The position numbers and the translations under genes were made by a program. From a virus (Duplodnaviria > Caudoviricetes): a stretch of DNA of 52,856 nucleotides. The stretch lies in IMG/VR virus record IMGVR_UViG_3300028399_000002, positions 1 through 52,856 of that record. One strand, written 5' to 3'. This document shows positions 42,894-52,411 of the stretch, in pieces. Below the pieces are notes generated by a model. The model worked only from the letters and a program-made list of their open reading frames with translations. It made no database searches and was not told where the DNA came from. Every line of letters begins with the position of its first letter. Positions within the stretch are counted from its first letter, which is position 1.

Positions 42894-43258
42894 TGGATTT
42901 AGGTAAAGCTTTATTATACCTTTTCCCTGAGGCTAAACCTGGCGTAGACTATGTTCTTCAGGATGATAGTGATGGGAAAGGACCTTATATAAAGGAATGG
43001 AATCTTCCGGACCCTATTCCCGATAAGCCAACATTGGTAGATGCTGAAAAGCAGTATGATTTGCAAATAAAGGCTAATACCTATAAGAAGAAAAGAAAGA
43101 AAGAGTATCCCAGTATAGGAGATCAGCTTGATGTTTTATGGAGTGTATTGGATTCTGCTGGTATCGTTGCGGCAGACCCCACAAAACCTAAAGATACTCC
43201 AGAGGGGATGTTGGCTTTTATAAAATCTATTAAGGCAAAGTACCCGAAGAATGGTTAA
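42893..43258 (+). CDS. XkdW-like tail fibre accessory/chaperone
   Basis: LQDDSDGKGPYIKEWN..PIP, EYPSIGDQLD, IKAKYPK. Confidence 0.75.
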   Translation: MDLGKALLYLFPEAKPGVDYVLQDDSDGKGPYIKEWNLPDPIPDKPTLVDAEKQYDLQIKANTYKKKRKKEYPSIGDQLDVLWSVLDSAGIVAADPTKPKDTPEGMLAFIKSIKAKYPKNG

Positions 43259-46200
43259 TAATGCTAAAATAGTTAATCAGCTGAACGCTTTTACCAATAT
43301 GTTCAAGTTCAAGTCAACTTGGGCATTCAAGAAGCTGATTACTTCACCAAGTAAGAAGATAGGTATCTTCTCCGGAAATCAAATGGGTAAATGCCTGTTT
43401 TTAAAGGAGAAATTGCTCACTGACTCAGGTTTGGTAGAAGCTGGAAAACTGAAAGGTCCCTCTTTGGGCGGCGAGACACTTGCAAATACTGTTTTTGAAG
43501 ATGATGTTTATGAAGTAACTTTTCAGACTGGCATAAAGATAAAATGTAATCTCGAACACCCGTTTTGGTGGAAGCCTTACAAAACAAAAAGAGGAGGAGA
43601 ATGGCGGTCTCTCAAAAGTATACAAGAGCATAAAATATCTACGCACGGTTCTAAGTATGGTTATGTTTACTTTGCGGATGCCTCAGAATTTAACTTAGTT
43701 GAAAATGAGCTGGTTGCTCCGAAACTTTTGGGCTATCTTTGTTCAGATGGTTATATTTCTTCTAATACGAGACAAGGTTTAAAGTTTACTAATAACAATG
43801 AAACTTTTCTTAAAGAAGTAGAAAATCTTGCTAAGGAATATTTTAATGGAATAGAGTGTAAAAGATATAAGAAAGGTAAAGGTTATGATGTGCTTTTTGT
43901 AGCTAACCATTGTAAAGGAAGTAATGCATTAAAAAATTATGTGCGAAGCTTAGAAATAAATAAAAATTCTTTTGGCAGTATTCTTGCTGGAAGGAGAGAG
44001 GATTTAAAAGAATTTGTAAAAGGTTTCTTCAATGGTGATGGGTATCTATTGATTAGGCGTAGGAAGAAAGGCTGGGGTAAACTTCCGCACATTGAAGTTG
44101 GCTTTTGTGTTGGTCCCAGCGAGAACAAGGCCTATGAACTTCAATACATACTTTGGAAACTTGGTATTTTTTCGTACGTATGTGCTGAAGAGTTTAAAAA
44201 GGCAAAGAACACTTTTTATCGAGTAAAAATTAATTCTTTTGATGTGCCAAGAATACTTGAGTTTTTAGAGGATACTAAGTACCCTGAAAAGTTTAAAGAA
44301 GCGAAGGAGATACTCAAGAAGAATCCTAATAAAAGAAATGAAAATAGAAATTGGGTATCTATAAAAAGTATCGAGTATGTTGGTAGGAAGAAAGTTGCTG
44401 GTATAACTACAAGTAGTGGAGAGCTCATCTCATATTGCGGCATGAAGACTCACAATACTTGTAGTGTTGCCTATCAGTATGTTCTTAGGATTCTCGGTCT
44501 GCATCCTGTACCGGAAAAGAATGTTGTTTACTTTGAATGTATTAACGGCCACACTTTTCAGCCGTTGGTTGCAATGAAGCTTGAGAAATGTGACAAATGC
44601 GGTGAGCCTCTTGCGTTACATGAAAGGTCCAGTAGAGTTTTTAGGTTTGCTTCTCAAACTCTACCTGGGCAAAGTAAGAATGTAAGTGATTCCGGTGAAA
44701 GTGCGGAAATCAAAAATACTCAGTATCCTGAATTTAAAAAGTGGCTCCCGAAGATGTTGATAAAAGACGATATTACAATTCGTAATACATCAATGATAAT
44801 CAAGGACATATTTAATGGTCCAGACATTATTGTTGAATTTGTGTCGTATAACCAAACTGTTCAGGGTACTGCTGGAGTTCAGCGTTGTGTGGCAAAGGAT
44901 CAAAGAGTTTTAAAGTCGAATGGTGTTTGGACTAAAATTCAAGATATAAAACCTGGTGATGAGTTAATTTGTGAAGCTCTCGGGGGTTACGGGAAGAGAC
45001 AAAGGGTAAATAAGGTAAAAAAAGCAGGACTTACTGGTATAAAGGATGTTTACAGGTTTAATTGCCAGAAAGGTATTTCTTTTGAAGTTACTTTAGATCA
45101 TCCAATCATGGTTCCAGGTAATGGCTCTGCTAAGTATAAGCTTGCTGGCGATTTAAAAGTTGGGGATTATGTGACTTGCAAACTGAGTGATATAGAGGGT
45201 GAAGATACTCTCGAAGATTGGAAGGTTGCTTTGCTTGGTTTATATCTCGGTGATGGTAGTAGTGCTTCAAAGAAATATGTAAAAATAACTAATAGTAACA
45301 AGGAATTAATTCAGTCTTTGGAAAGTGTTCTACCGGATTATTTGTATCTGAGAAAAGTTGAGATTGGCAATCATGTTCCAGATTACTATATCTCAAGTAA
45401 AACTGTTAGAAAGAATGAGGTTAAAGACTTTTTAGTATCCTTAGGTTTATGGGGTAAGACGGCTTGTGACAAGTTTGTACCGGATGAAATATTTAAGCAG
45501 TCAAGAAGTAAGATAGCTCTCTTTTTAAGGTATCTTTTTGCTGCGGATGGTTGGGCGAGTGGTCATACTATAGGTTACTGTTCGACTTCTGAGAGGCTTT
45601 GTCAAGATGTTTTTCTTTTGCTTCGCAGGCTTGGTATAAGAAGTAGTATAACTAAGAAAACTTTTTGTAATGGTTGGAGTACACAATGGTGGGTTACAAT
45701 TAATGCTTCGCGCGATGTGCTTACTTTCATAGATAAAGTTGGTATAGAAGGTAAAGACTTGGTTAAGGTAAAGGATGAAGCTACGCGTAGGTTTAATGTA
45801 AGAAACAAGAAGTCTTTGGGTAGTAACAATCTTCCCCAAAAGGTAAAGATAAAATCCATAGAGTATGTAGGTAAGAAAGAAGTTTATGACATTATGATGG
45901 AGACTGGCGGTTGGGATGAACGTGTAAAAAACGGGATAAAGAAGCAGAGAGGTGTTGCCAGAAGCCCGCGAAATAACTTTCTAATTCAAGGTGGAGTTGT
46001 TGTTCACAACTGCTCGATCTGGCTCGATGAAGAAGCCCCGTATGATTTTTATGAAGAGCAGCTCCCCAGACTTATTGCAGAAAACGGTGATATGATATTT
46101 ACCCTTACTCCAGCAAGTTATATAAGCTGGATGCATGATTATATTTTTGATAAGGCTAAGATATACTATAGGACTCAAGCTGTTTGTGATTTTCTAAAGA

Positions 46201-47144
46201 AGTACGAGAATAGGGATGTTAAGCGAATTGAGGTTACTGACAATCCTCATGACATAGTAGTAATACAAGCGGCTACTGATGACAACCCTGTTCTTGATAA
46301 GAATGCGATAGAGTCTCAATTTGAGACTATTGATGATACTGATGTACTTGCTATTCGTCGTTATGGGATATTCAAGCAGGTATCTGGTAGGATTTACAAG
46401 GATTTTGAAGCTGTTCATGTTATTGATGGCGATAAGTATTTTCCGGAGGGTATACCACACCATTACCTATTTGCTCGCGGGGTCGACTATCATCCTCAGA
46501 CTCCATGGGCTATAGGTATGATAGCTTTGTCTCCGACAAATGAAGCTTTTATTTTCGGTGATCTTGAGATATCGCCGGAAAGGTATACGGTTGCTGAAAT
46601 TATGGCTGAAGTTGCGAGACTCGGAGGTGATTATAAGTTTAAGTTTAATAAAATTGATCCGCTTGCGGAAGCGAATAAGAAAGACGGAGTTACTGTACTT
46701 GAAGACATAAACAGGATTTTTTATGAATATTCAAGAGAAGGTCTTTGCTACGGTGCTTATTGGTCAACGTGGGATACAAAAGGTGAAAGAGGTAGAGATG
46801 AGATACGTAAAAGATTGAAGAATGCGAAGCGTTGCGGTAAACCTTTCAATAACAAAGTTGTAGTTGATGGTAAGGAAGAATACCTTCCTACTCTTTGGGT
46901 TTTCTCTAAATGTAGACATGCTATAAAAAGTATGAAATTGTGGCGATGGGAAGAGTGGGGTGACTCAAAAGCTATTGTCACGAAAGATAAGAAAAATAAG
47001 CCTGAACAGAAATGGTCTCATATGAATATGGTATGGGAAGCAATATTTAAAGAACGAGGCTTTGTTCCGCCGAGGGTCAGAAATCCTTTTGAGATGAATA
47101 GGTACAGAAAGAAAAATCCAGGTTATTTTAAAGGGCGTAGGTAA
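43251..47144 (+). CDS. terL: Terminase large subunit precursor with two inteins (567 aa after splicing)
   Basis: Walker A GNQMGK|T, Walker B IWLDEE, TLTP, DNP, nuclease GVDYH; directly upstream of the portal. Confidence 0.92.
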   Translation: MVNNAKIVNQLNAFTNMFKFKSTWAFKKLITSPSKKIGIFSGNQMGKCLFLKEKLLTDSGLVEAGKLKGPSLGGETLANTVFEDDVYEVTFQTGIKIKCNLEHPFWWKPYKTKRGGEWRSLKSIQEHKISTHGSKYGYVYFADASEFNLVENELVAPKLLGYLCSDGYISSNTRQGLKFTNNNETFLKEVENLAKEYFNGIECKRYKKGKGYDVLFVANHCKGSNALKNYVRSLEINKNSFGSILAGRREDLKEFVKGFFNGDGYLLIRRRKKGWGKLPHIEVGFCVGPSENKAYELQYILWKLGIFSYVCAEEFKKAKNTFYRVKINSFDVPRILEFLEDTKYPEKFKEAKEILKKNPNKRNENRNWVSIKSIEYVGRKKVAGITTSSGELISYCGMKTHNTCSVAYQYVLRILGLHPVPEKNVVYFECINGHTFQPLVAMKLEKCDKCGEPLALHERSSRVFRFASQTLPGQSKNVSDSGESAEIKNTQYPEFKKWLPKMLIKDDITIRNTSMIIKDIFNGPDIIVEFVSYNQTVQGTAGVQRCVAKDQRVLKSNGVWTKIQDIKPGDELICEALGGYGKRQRVNKVKKAGLTGIKDVYRFNCQKGISFEVTLDHPIMVPGNGSAKYKLAGDLKVGDYVTCKLSDIEGEDTLEDWKVALLGLYLGDGSSASKKYVKITNSNKELIQSLESVLPDYLYLRKVEIGNHVPDYYISSKTVRKNEVKDFLVSLGLWGKTACDKFVPDEIFKQSRSKIALFLRYLFAADGWASGHTIGYCSTSERLCQDVFLLLRRLGIRSSITKKTFCNGWSTQWWVTINASRDVLTFIDKVGIEGKDLVKVKDEATRRFNVRNKKSLGSNNLPQKVKIKSIEYVGKKEVYDIMMETGGWDERVKNGIKKQRGVARSPRNNFLIQGGVVVHNCSIWLDEEAPYDFYEEQLPRLIAENGDMIFTLTPASYISWMHDYIFDKAKIYYRTQAVCDFLKKYENRDVKRIEVTDNPHDIVVIQAATDDNPVLDKNAIESQFETIDDTDVLAIRRYGIFKQVSGRIYKDFEAVHVIDGDKYFPEGIPHHYLFARGVDYHPQTPWAIGMIALSPTNEAFIFGDLEISPERYTVAEIMAEVARLGGDYKFKFNKIDPLAEANKKDGVTVLEDINRIFYEYSREGLCYGAYWSTWDTKGERGRDEIRKRLKNAKRCGKPFNNKVVVDGKEEYLPTLWVFSKCRHAIKSMKLWRWEEWGDSKAIVTKDKKNKPEQKWSHMNMVWEAIFKERGFVPPRVRNPFEMNRYRKKNPGYFKGRR
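43392..44456 (+). mobile_element. Intein 1 (355 aa) with a LAGLIDADG endonuclease, inserted in the TerL Walker A motif
   Basis: Starts CLFLKE, block B CNLEHPF, LGYLCSDG and KGFFNGDG, ends THN followed by Thr. Confidence 0.93.
44886..46010 (+). mobile_element. Intein 2 (375 aa) with a LAGLIDADG endonuclease, inserted just before the TerL Walker B motif
   Basis: Starts CVAKDQ, block B TLDHPI, LGLYLGDG and RYLFAADG, ends VHN followed by Cys. Confidence 0.93.
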
Positions 47145-49081
47145 TGGCTGAGAAAGTAGAAAATGTTTTAGAAAATATTTTGATAACTGGTGAGCTTGCT
47201 GTTGCTAAACAGAATAAGAAGCAAGAGACGCGGGATTTTGAGGACTATGTAAACCTGATAGACTCTATTCGTGAGCCTAAAGACTATGACTGGATGTCGG
47301 ATATCAGGTTGCCGGAATTCATTTCACACATGCTTACGCAGTCCTCTATTGATGCGCAATATTTTGCTACGCGAGACTTTGTCGAAGTTTATGTACAGGA
47401 TGAGTCTGACGAGGCTCTCGCTGCAGCTAATGCTGCGAAAGAGTGTATTAACCGCACTTTAAATCAAAAGGAGCTTTATCACTTTCTTAAATTTATACGT
47501 GCTAAATACTTGAATAGGCTTTGTGGTCATGTCTATGCTCTTTGCAAATGGAAACAGAGGACTGCTAAGCGTGTTGTTGATTATAGGGAAGTTGAAGTAG
47601 AGCTTGACGTAGACGAAAATGGTGAGCCTATTGTAAGCGATAATCAGATTCCTGCTGTTGAAATACGTAGAGAGCCTATTTACGATGAAGTTCCAATTGT
47701 AGACAGATTTGATTACGACATTCTTGATCCAAGGAATGTTTTTACTGATAACAGCTATGTCTACAGTATGCAGGATAAAAAGTATGTCTGGATAAGATCG
47801 GAGCGCAGTTATAGGGAGCTTCTTGCTGAGCAGGAGGCTATGAATTATGTAAATCTTGATAAGGTAAAAGAGCTTGGTGCTCCAGAAGAGACAGAAACAT
47901 CTAAAGAAACTTACAATTCTGATAGGAATCAGGCTGGTAGGCATGAAAAGAATTCTGAAGATGTGGATAAGCCTTTTGATGTATATACCCGTTTTGGCAA
48001 GTTTTGGGCAATTGTACTTGAAAGAGACGAGGAAGGAAATCCTACGGTAGCTATACCTGGTATTGATGAGGAGGGTGAGCCTCTTGATAAAGCTGAATTT
48101 ATTGAAATGATTATTACATATGTTGTAAAGGATAACTCCTCAGTCTTAATTAGGTTTCAGCCAACACCTTATATTGATGCTACCGGCAAACCATATAGGC
48201 CAATAATTAGAGGTCTATGCTATGTGCATCCTGTAGATGATGGTGGTGCTGGTGATGGTAAGTATTTGCGGGAACTTCAACTTGCTCTTGATGACACATT
48301 TAATATAAGTAATGACAGGGTGATGCTTGCTACTCTGCCGACAATGATCACCCGTAAGTACAAATACGATGATGAAGATGATGTTTACATAGAGCCTGGT
48401 CATACTATCAGTACGGAGAATCCGAAGGAAGATATCAACTGGCTTGAGTTAAGTGACAATATTCAGGGTGCGATGCTTCAGATATCAATGTTGCGGAATA
48501 TGATGCAGCAGGTTGATTCTGTATATCCAACAACTATGGGAGATGTTCCAGGACTTGCCAGTACGACTGCTACGGCTGTTGTTGGTGCCGAGAATCGTTC
48601 TAATGCACGTAGTGCCTTCAAGATGTTGACTTTTGAAAATACATTCTTGACTGACTTCTATTGGATGATTCTCCAGATGACTGCTCGCTTTGCTTTGCCT
48701 GAGACTGGTTATAAATTGATGGGTGAAAAGGTTTATGATTTTGATCCGAGCCTTGATTATTATTACAAGCCTGTAAGTCAGACGATAGAATCAGAACAGT
48801 CTAAAGCAGTGAAGATTCAAATGTGGACACAGATATTGAGTTATGTGGTAAGCTTGCAGCATCCTGATACTGTTAAAATTGTTAATTATATACTTTCAAA
48901 GATTTTTGAATACATGGGTGATGAGTTTGTGAACTTTGGTAATAATCTTTTAAATCCTGCTGTGCCTGTGGAGATGGGTGGTGGACAAGGAGGTTGGCCT
49001 GAGAATGCTCAAGGAATTCCGGCGACTAATCAGAGTGGAGTTCCTCAGAGTCCACAGGAACAGTTAGTTAGGGGTATGTAA
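47144..49081 (+). CDS. Portal protein
   Basis: 645 aa directly after terL; LQLALDDTFN...DRV and TATAV motifs of podovirus-type portals. Confidence 0.85.
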   Translation: MAEKVENVLENILITGELAVAKQNKKQETRDFEDYVNLIDSIREPKDYDWMSDIRLPEFISHMLTQSSIDAQYFATRDFVEVYVQDESDEALAAANAAKECINRTLNQKELYHFLKFIRAKYLNRLCGHVYALCKWKQRTAKRVVDYREVEVELDVDENGEPIVSDNQIPAVEIRREPIYDEVPIVDRFDYDILDPRNVFTDNSYVYSMQDKKYVWIRSERSYRELLAEQEAMNYVNLDKVKELGAPEETETSKETYNSDRNQAGRHEKNSEDVDKPFDVYTRFGKFWAIVLERDEEGNPTVAIPGIDEEGEPLDKAEFIEMIITYVVKDNSSVLIRFQPTPYIDATGKPYRPIIRGLCYVHPVDDGGAGDGKYLRELQLALDDTFNISNDRVMLATLPTMITRKYKYDDEDDVYIEPGHTISTENPKEDINWLELSDNIQGAMLQISMLRNMMQQVDSVYPTTMGDVPGLASTTATAVVGAENRSNARSAFKMLTFENTFLTDFYWMILQMTARFALPETGYKLMGEKVYDFDPSLDYYYKPVSQTIESEQSKAVKIQMWTQILSYVVSLQHPDTVKIVNYILSKIFEYMGDEFVNFGNNLLNPAVPVEMGGGQGGWPENAQGIPATNQSGVPQSPQEQLVRGM

Positions 49082-49386
49082 TGATAACGGAACTTGAACC
49101 TAATATAATTGAGCGTCTTCTCAAAGATGCAAAACGAGGGCATAAAATTTTACAGATACTTGGCAAGCAGATGAAGTTTGCCAAAGCTCTTGATTCTGAA
49201 ATAGGTAAAGAACTTTTAAAAGATTTGTTGGTGATGTATGAAGTCAGGTTTGAAAAAATAGTTAACGAAACTGCGAACAACAAAGACTTAGCGGAATTTA
49301 GAATTTGTCGGGAACTTCTGGAAGTGTGGGCTAACCGTATTTCCAATTTTCTCGATAATATAAAACAACTAAAAGATAGGAGGTAA
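49081..49386 (+). CDS. Small helical protein following the portal
   Basis: ALDSEIGKELL; a conserved position in P22/T7-like head modules. Confidence 0.65.
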   Translation: MITELEPNIIERLLKDAKRGHKILQILGKQMKFAKALDSEIGKELLKDLLVMYEVRFEKIVNETANNKDLAEFRICRELLEVWANRISNFLDNIKQLKDRR

Positions 49387-49389
49387 CTT

Positions 49390-50142
49390 ATGGAAGACCT
49401 GGATAACAAGACCAGCCAGTCGTTAGAAGAAGAGGACGACAGGGCCGTGGAGTTAGAGGGTTTGGAAGACGAGAACGAGAAAACTGGTGAACCTGGTGGT
49501 TCAGAGGATGACATTCCTCTTGAGCCTGAAGACAATCGTGTGCGTTCTCAGCTTGGAAGGCGGGTGTCTGAGCTTGATATGAAGCTCAGTAGGATAGAAG
49601 AGATGCTTAGCCAGGTGATGTATAAGAGTGAGCCTAAGAATGAAGAATCTGTTAACGATATTCTTGATGAGTTTGATGATGATATGCCTCTTACTAAGAG
49701 AGATGTTGTTCAACTTCTTAGGGCTGAGAGGCAGAGGGAAGAAAGGGCAAATGAAAAGTACAATAATGACTATCTCAATACTATAAATTCGTTTGCTTCT
49801 GATCCAGATATTGATCCAGAGATTTACAGGGAAGTTATTGCTGAAATGTCTAAACCTGGTAGCAGGTTTAATGTTCGTCACAGTGATAATGGTGCTATCG
49901 ATGCGCAGATGAATTTTCTAAAGGCTCAGACTTATGTTTTGAAGAATAAGTTTTCTGGTGGTAAGCGGAATCCTCTAAAAGGAAACAGGGGGCGTACTGG
50001 TCTTGATATAAGTTCTGGTACTAATGATAGCAATGTAAGGACTCCAAAGATTACTCGGAAACTTCCTGCTGATGCAAAAGATTTTGCTAAGCATTTTGGT
50101 TATACTGATGAAGATTTAGCACGAGTTTTAGGTGAAGAATAA
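49390..50142 (+). CDS. Capsid scaffolding protein
   Basis: Acidic disordered N-terminus, coiled coil, C-terminal helix pair FAKHFGYTDEDL; lies between portal and capsid. Confidence 0.7.
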   Translation: MEDLDNKTSQSLEEEDDRAVELEGLEDENEKTGEPGGSEDDIPLEPEDNRVRSQLGRRVSELDMKLSRIEEMLSQVMYKSEPKNEESVNDILDEFDDDMPLTKRDVVQLLRAERQREERANEKYNNDYLNTINSFASDPDIDPEIYREVIAEMSKPGSRFNVRHSDNGAIDAQMNFLKAQTYVLKNKFSGGKRNPLKGNRGRTGLDISSGTNDSNVRTPKITRKLPADAKDFAKHFGYTDEDLARVLGEE

Positions 50143-50549
50143 TGGCTTTTAAACCTACAAAAGGCAACCGTAAACTATTTAAGGATTCTCGCCGGATTCC
50201 AGTCTCTTCCAAAGAGCCTAAAGACTTGGGAGAACGCGGGGATACGAATAAGTATTACCGTTGCTGGAATTGTGGGTTTATATGTAATGAAGAGCGTGAT
50301 GCTCTTGGAGATGCCTACTCAACCAGTGGTAACTATGCGTATGAAGCGATAAGAACTGCCCAGGGCTATGTGGAGACAGATGAACTTGATATTACTCCGG
50401 TTCTCGGTGGTTCTATTGTAGATTACTTTACCCTGCTTGAGTTAGGCGTAGACGGTAGTACGCCTAAGACCATACGCTACACATTTGAAGCCCTGGTCTC
50501 CAGTGGTTGTCCTGTGTGTGGTACGCTTAATTGGCGTGGCGACTACTAA
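50142..50549 (+). CDS. Zn-ribbon protein in the head module
   Basis: CWNC...CPVC. Confidence 0.7.
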   Translation: MAFKPTKGNRKLFKDSRRIPVSSKEPKDLGERGDTNKYYRCWNCGFICNEERDALGDAYSTSGNYAYEAIRTAQGYVETDELDITPVLGGSIVDYFTLLELGVDGSTPKTIRYTFEALVSSGCPVCGTLNWRGDY

Positions 50550-50551
50550 AA

Positions 50552-50634
50552 TACCCTGTCTATTAACAAGACCTCAACCCGAAAGGCTTGACGTGGAGTT
50601 AATAGGCGAACCTGCTCGTTCGAGGGTAAGAGCA
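50552..50634 (+). ncRNA. Candidate structured cis-regulatory RNA (three-way junction plus pseudoknot) upstream of the capsid genes
   Basis: TACCCT/AGGGTA; GTCTATTAAC/GTTAATAGGC; GAAC/GTTC with loop TGCTC complementary to downstream GAGCA. Confidence 0.55.
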
Positions 50635-50661
50635 AAATAAAATAAGGAGGGAAAGCTACGG

Positions 50662-51474
50662 ATGATTACTTTCGTCGGCGAAGCTCCACAGAAAATCTGG
50701 ATACCTATTAAGCCAGGTGCTACTGTCTATGTAGGTAGCATAGTTACCCTCGATATTTCTGCCCTTGACGAAGGCTGTATTGTTCGTGGTCAGGCTGACG
50801 GCGCGGCTGATACTACGAACAAGGATGTACCCTTTGGTGTTGTGGTAGGCACCAATAGGAAGAATCCGCTGTACAGTTCTACGTATAAGGCTGAGTATAT
50901 CACGGATTCGGGTGCTACTGCTCCTCATAGCTCTACTGTGGAGTTTGTAGGTTACGAAGGTCCCGGTGCCAAGGGTGATCGTAGGGAGCTTGTCGAGGTT
51001 GCGCTTATAATGCCGCATACCATCTTGCGGGCTCCTATTTACAACGATGCAGTAGGTACTGCGCCTACGTTGCTGACTGCTACTGCGGGCTCTACGGATG
51101 GTCTCAGTGTTACAACTAACGCTTGTGACTTTACTCCGGTTGCAAACCTCTGTACGATATATTGTCGTACTGGTGCCAATAGGGGTATTTACAGGATTAC
51201 TGATGATACCTCTACTACGGCTGCTACATGGGATGTTGCAATGCCTTACGATATAGCAGTTGGTGATACGTTCATCCGCGTACCTGTGCGTTGGTGGGGA
51301 CCGACATACGCACGTTTGGGAGATGATACTGTATGTTCGTATCTTAACTGCTCGGAGACTCCTGCAACCAACTATGACATTATTCATGTTGTTAGGTTGG
51401 ACTTGAAGGAGGCGGGCAAGGAAGTGGTTGAGTTCTACTTTGGGGCGGATCACTTCGCTACAGCAAGAGCGTAA
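50662..51474 (+). CDS. Capsid cement/decoration protein
   Basis: Immediately before the capsid gene; Thr/Ala/Gly-rich; RBS AAGGAGG. Confidence 0.6.
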   Translation: MITFVGEAPQKIWIPIKPGATVYVGSIVTLDISALDEGCIVRGQADGAADTTNKDVPFGVVVGTNRKNPLYSSTYKAEYITDSGATAPHSSTVEFVGYEGPGAKGDRRELVEVALIMPHTILRAPIYNDAVGTAPTLLTATAGSTDGLSVTTNACDFTPVANLCTIYCRTGANRGIYRITDDTSTTAATWDVAMPYDIAVGDTFIRVPVRWWGPTYARLGDDTVCSYLNCSETPATNYDIIHVVRLDLKEAGKEVVEFYFGADHFATARA

Positions 51475-51487
51475 GGAGGTAGTGTAA

Positions 51488-52411
51488 ATGGGTAATCCTG
51501 TTGTGAGTTCTGCCTTCGTTCGTTTGCTGGATGACCGTCTTGATAAGGTCAAAGAGGATATATTCAAGGACCTGCCAAGTCAGATAGACAACTTGTACAC
51601 TGTTGCAAAGTCTGAGAGGGCTTGGCACGAGTTCTTTGAAGTGGGTTCTCTGCCTGATATTCCTGAGTTCAATGGAAAGATCAGCTACTTGCCGATCCAT
51701 CCTGGTTTCCACACCAAGATTGAACATAAGGAGTATGCTGCGGGAGTCCAGTACGAGCGGAAGCTGCTGGATGACAAGCGGTATGACGTGTTCGAGAAGC
51801 GTGGTGAGAAGCTTCTGAAGAGCGCGCATCGTACTCGCGAGAAGATAGCGATTGAGCCTTTTGCCTATGCCTCTTCTGCTTCGTTCAGCTACATGACGAG
51901 CGAGGAGGGAGTGGCTCTGGTATCCAGCTCGCATACCACGAAGTCGGGTACTTCGACTTCTTCAGGCTTTGATAATGCGGGTTCGTCTGCACTGTCCAAG
52001 TCTGCGGTTGCGACTACAAGGATATTGATGAGGCAGTTCCGTAACGATATCAGTGAGAGGATAGACATGAGCGATAATTTTGCTCTTGTTGTTCCTGATG
52101 CTCTCGCGGATACCGCTTACGAGATCGTCAATACTCCTAAGGGTCTGGATACTGCCGAGGGGAACGTGAACCCTCAGTATGGTAGGTATAAAATCATCGT
52201 GCTTCCGAGGCTCGATGATTATGATACCAATAACTGGTTCATGGTGAACCTCGATCTCATGAAGGAGTCGCTTATTTGGTTTAACCGTATTGAGCCTGAG
52301 GTTGCTTCTACGTGGGATTTTGACACTCTGTTGCTCAAGACCCGTGTGTACTTCAGGTGTTCTTACGGTTGGATAGATTGGCGCTGGATTTACGGATCAA
52401 TTGTGAGCTAA
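51488..52411 (+). CDS. Major capsid protein (exon 1 ends at 52389; the unspliced frame also ends properly at 52411)
   Basis: 307 aa; DDKRY, EGVALVSSSH, LVVP, NNWF, R.SYGWIDWR motifs of Mu gpT-like/HK97-fold capsids; RBS AAGGAGGT. Confidence 0.88.
   Translation: MGNPVVSSAFVRLLDDRLDKVKEDIFKDLPSQIDNLYTVAKSERAWHEFFEVGSLPDIPEFNGKISYLPIHPGFHTKIEHKEYAAGVQYERKLLDDKRYDVFEKRGEKLLKSAHRTREKIAIEPFAYASSASFSYMTSEEGVALVSSSHTTKSGTSTSSGFDNAGSSALSKSAVATTRILMRQFRNDISERIDMSDNFALVVPDALADTAYEIVNTPKGLDTAEGNVNPQYGRYKIIVLPRLDDYDTNNWFMVNLDLMKESLIWFNRIEPEVASTWDFDTLLLKTRVYFRCSYGWIDWRWIYGSIVS

Noticed and set aside
50656-51934. Long antisense ORFs (303 aa and 158 aa) over the head genes
   Set aside because: No RBS or motifs; codon-bias shadows of well-supported + strand genes. 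The same applies to the other antisense track ORFs.
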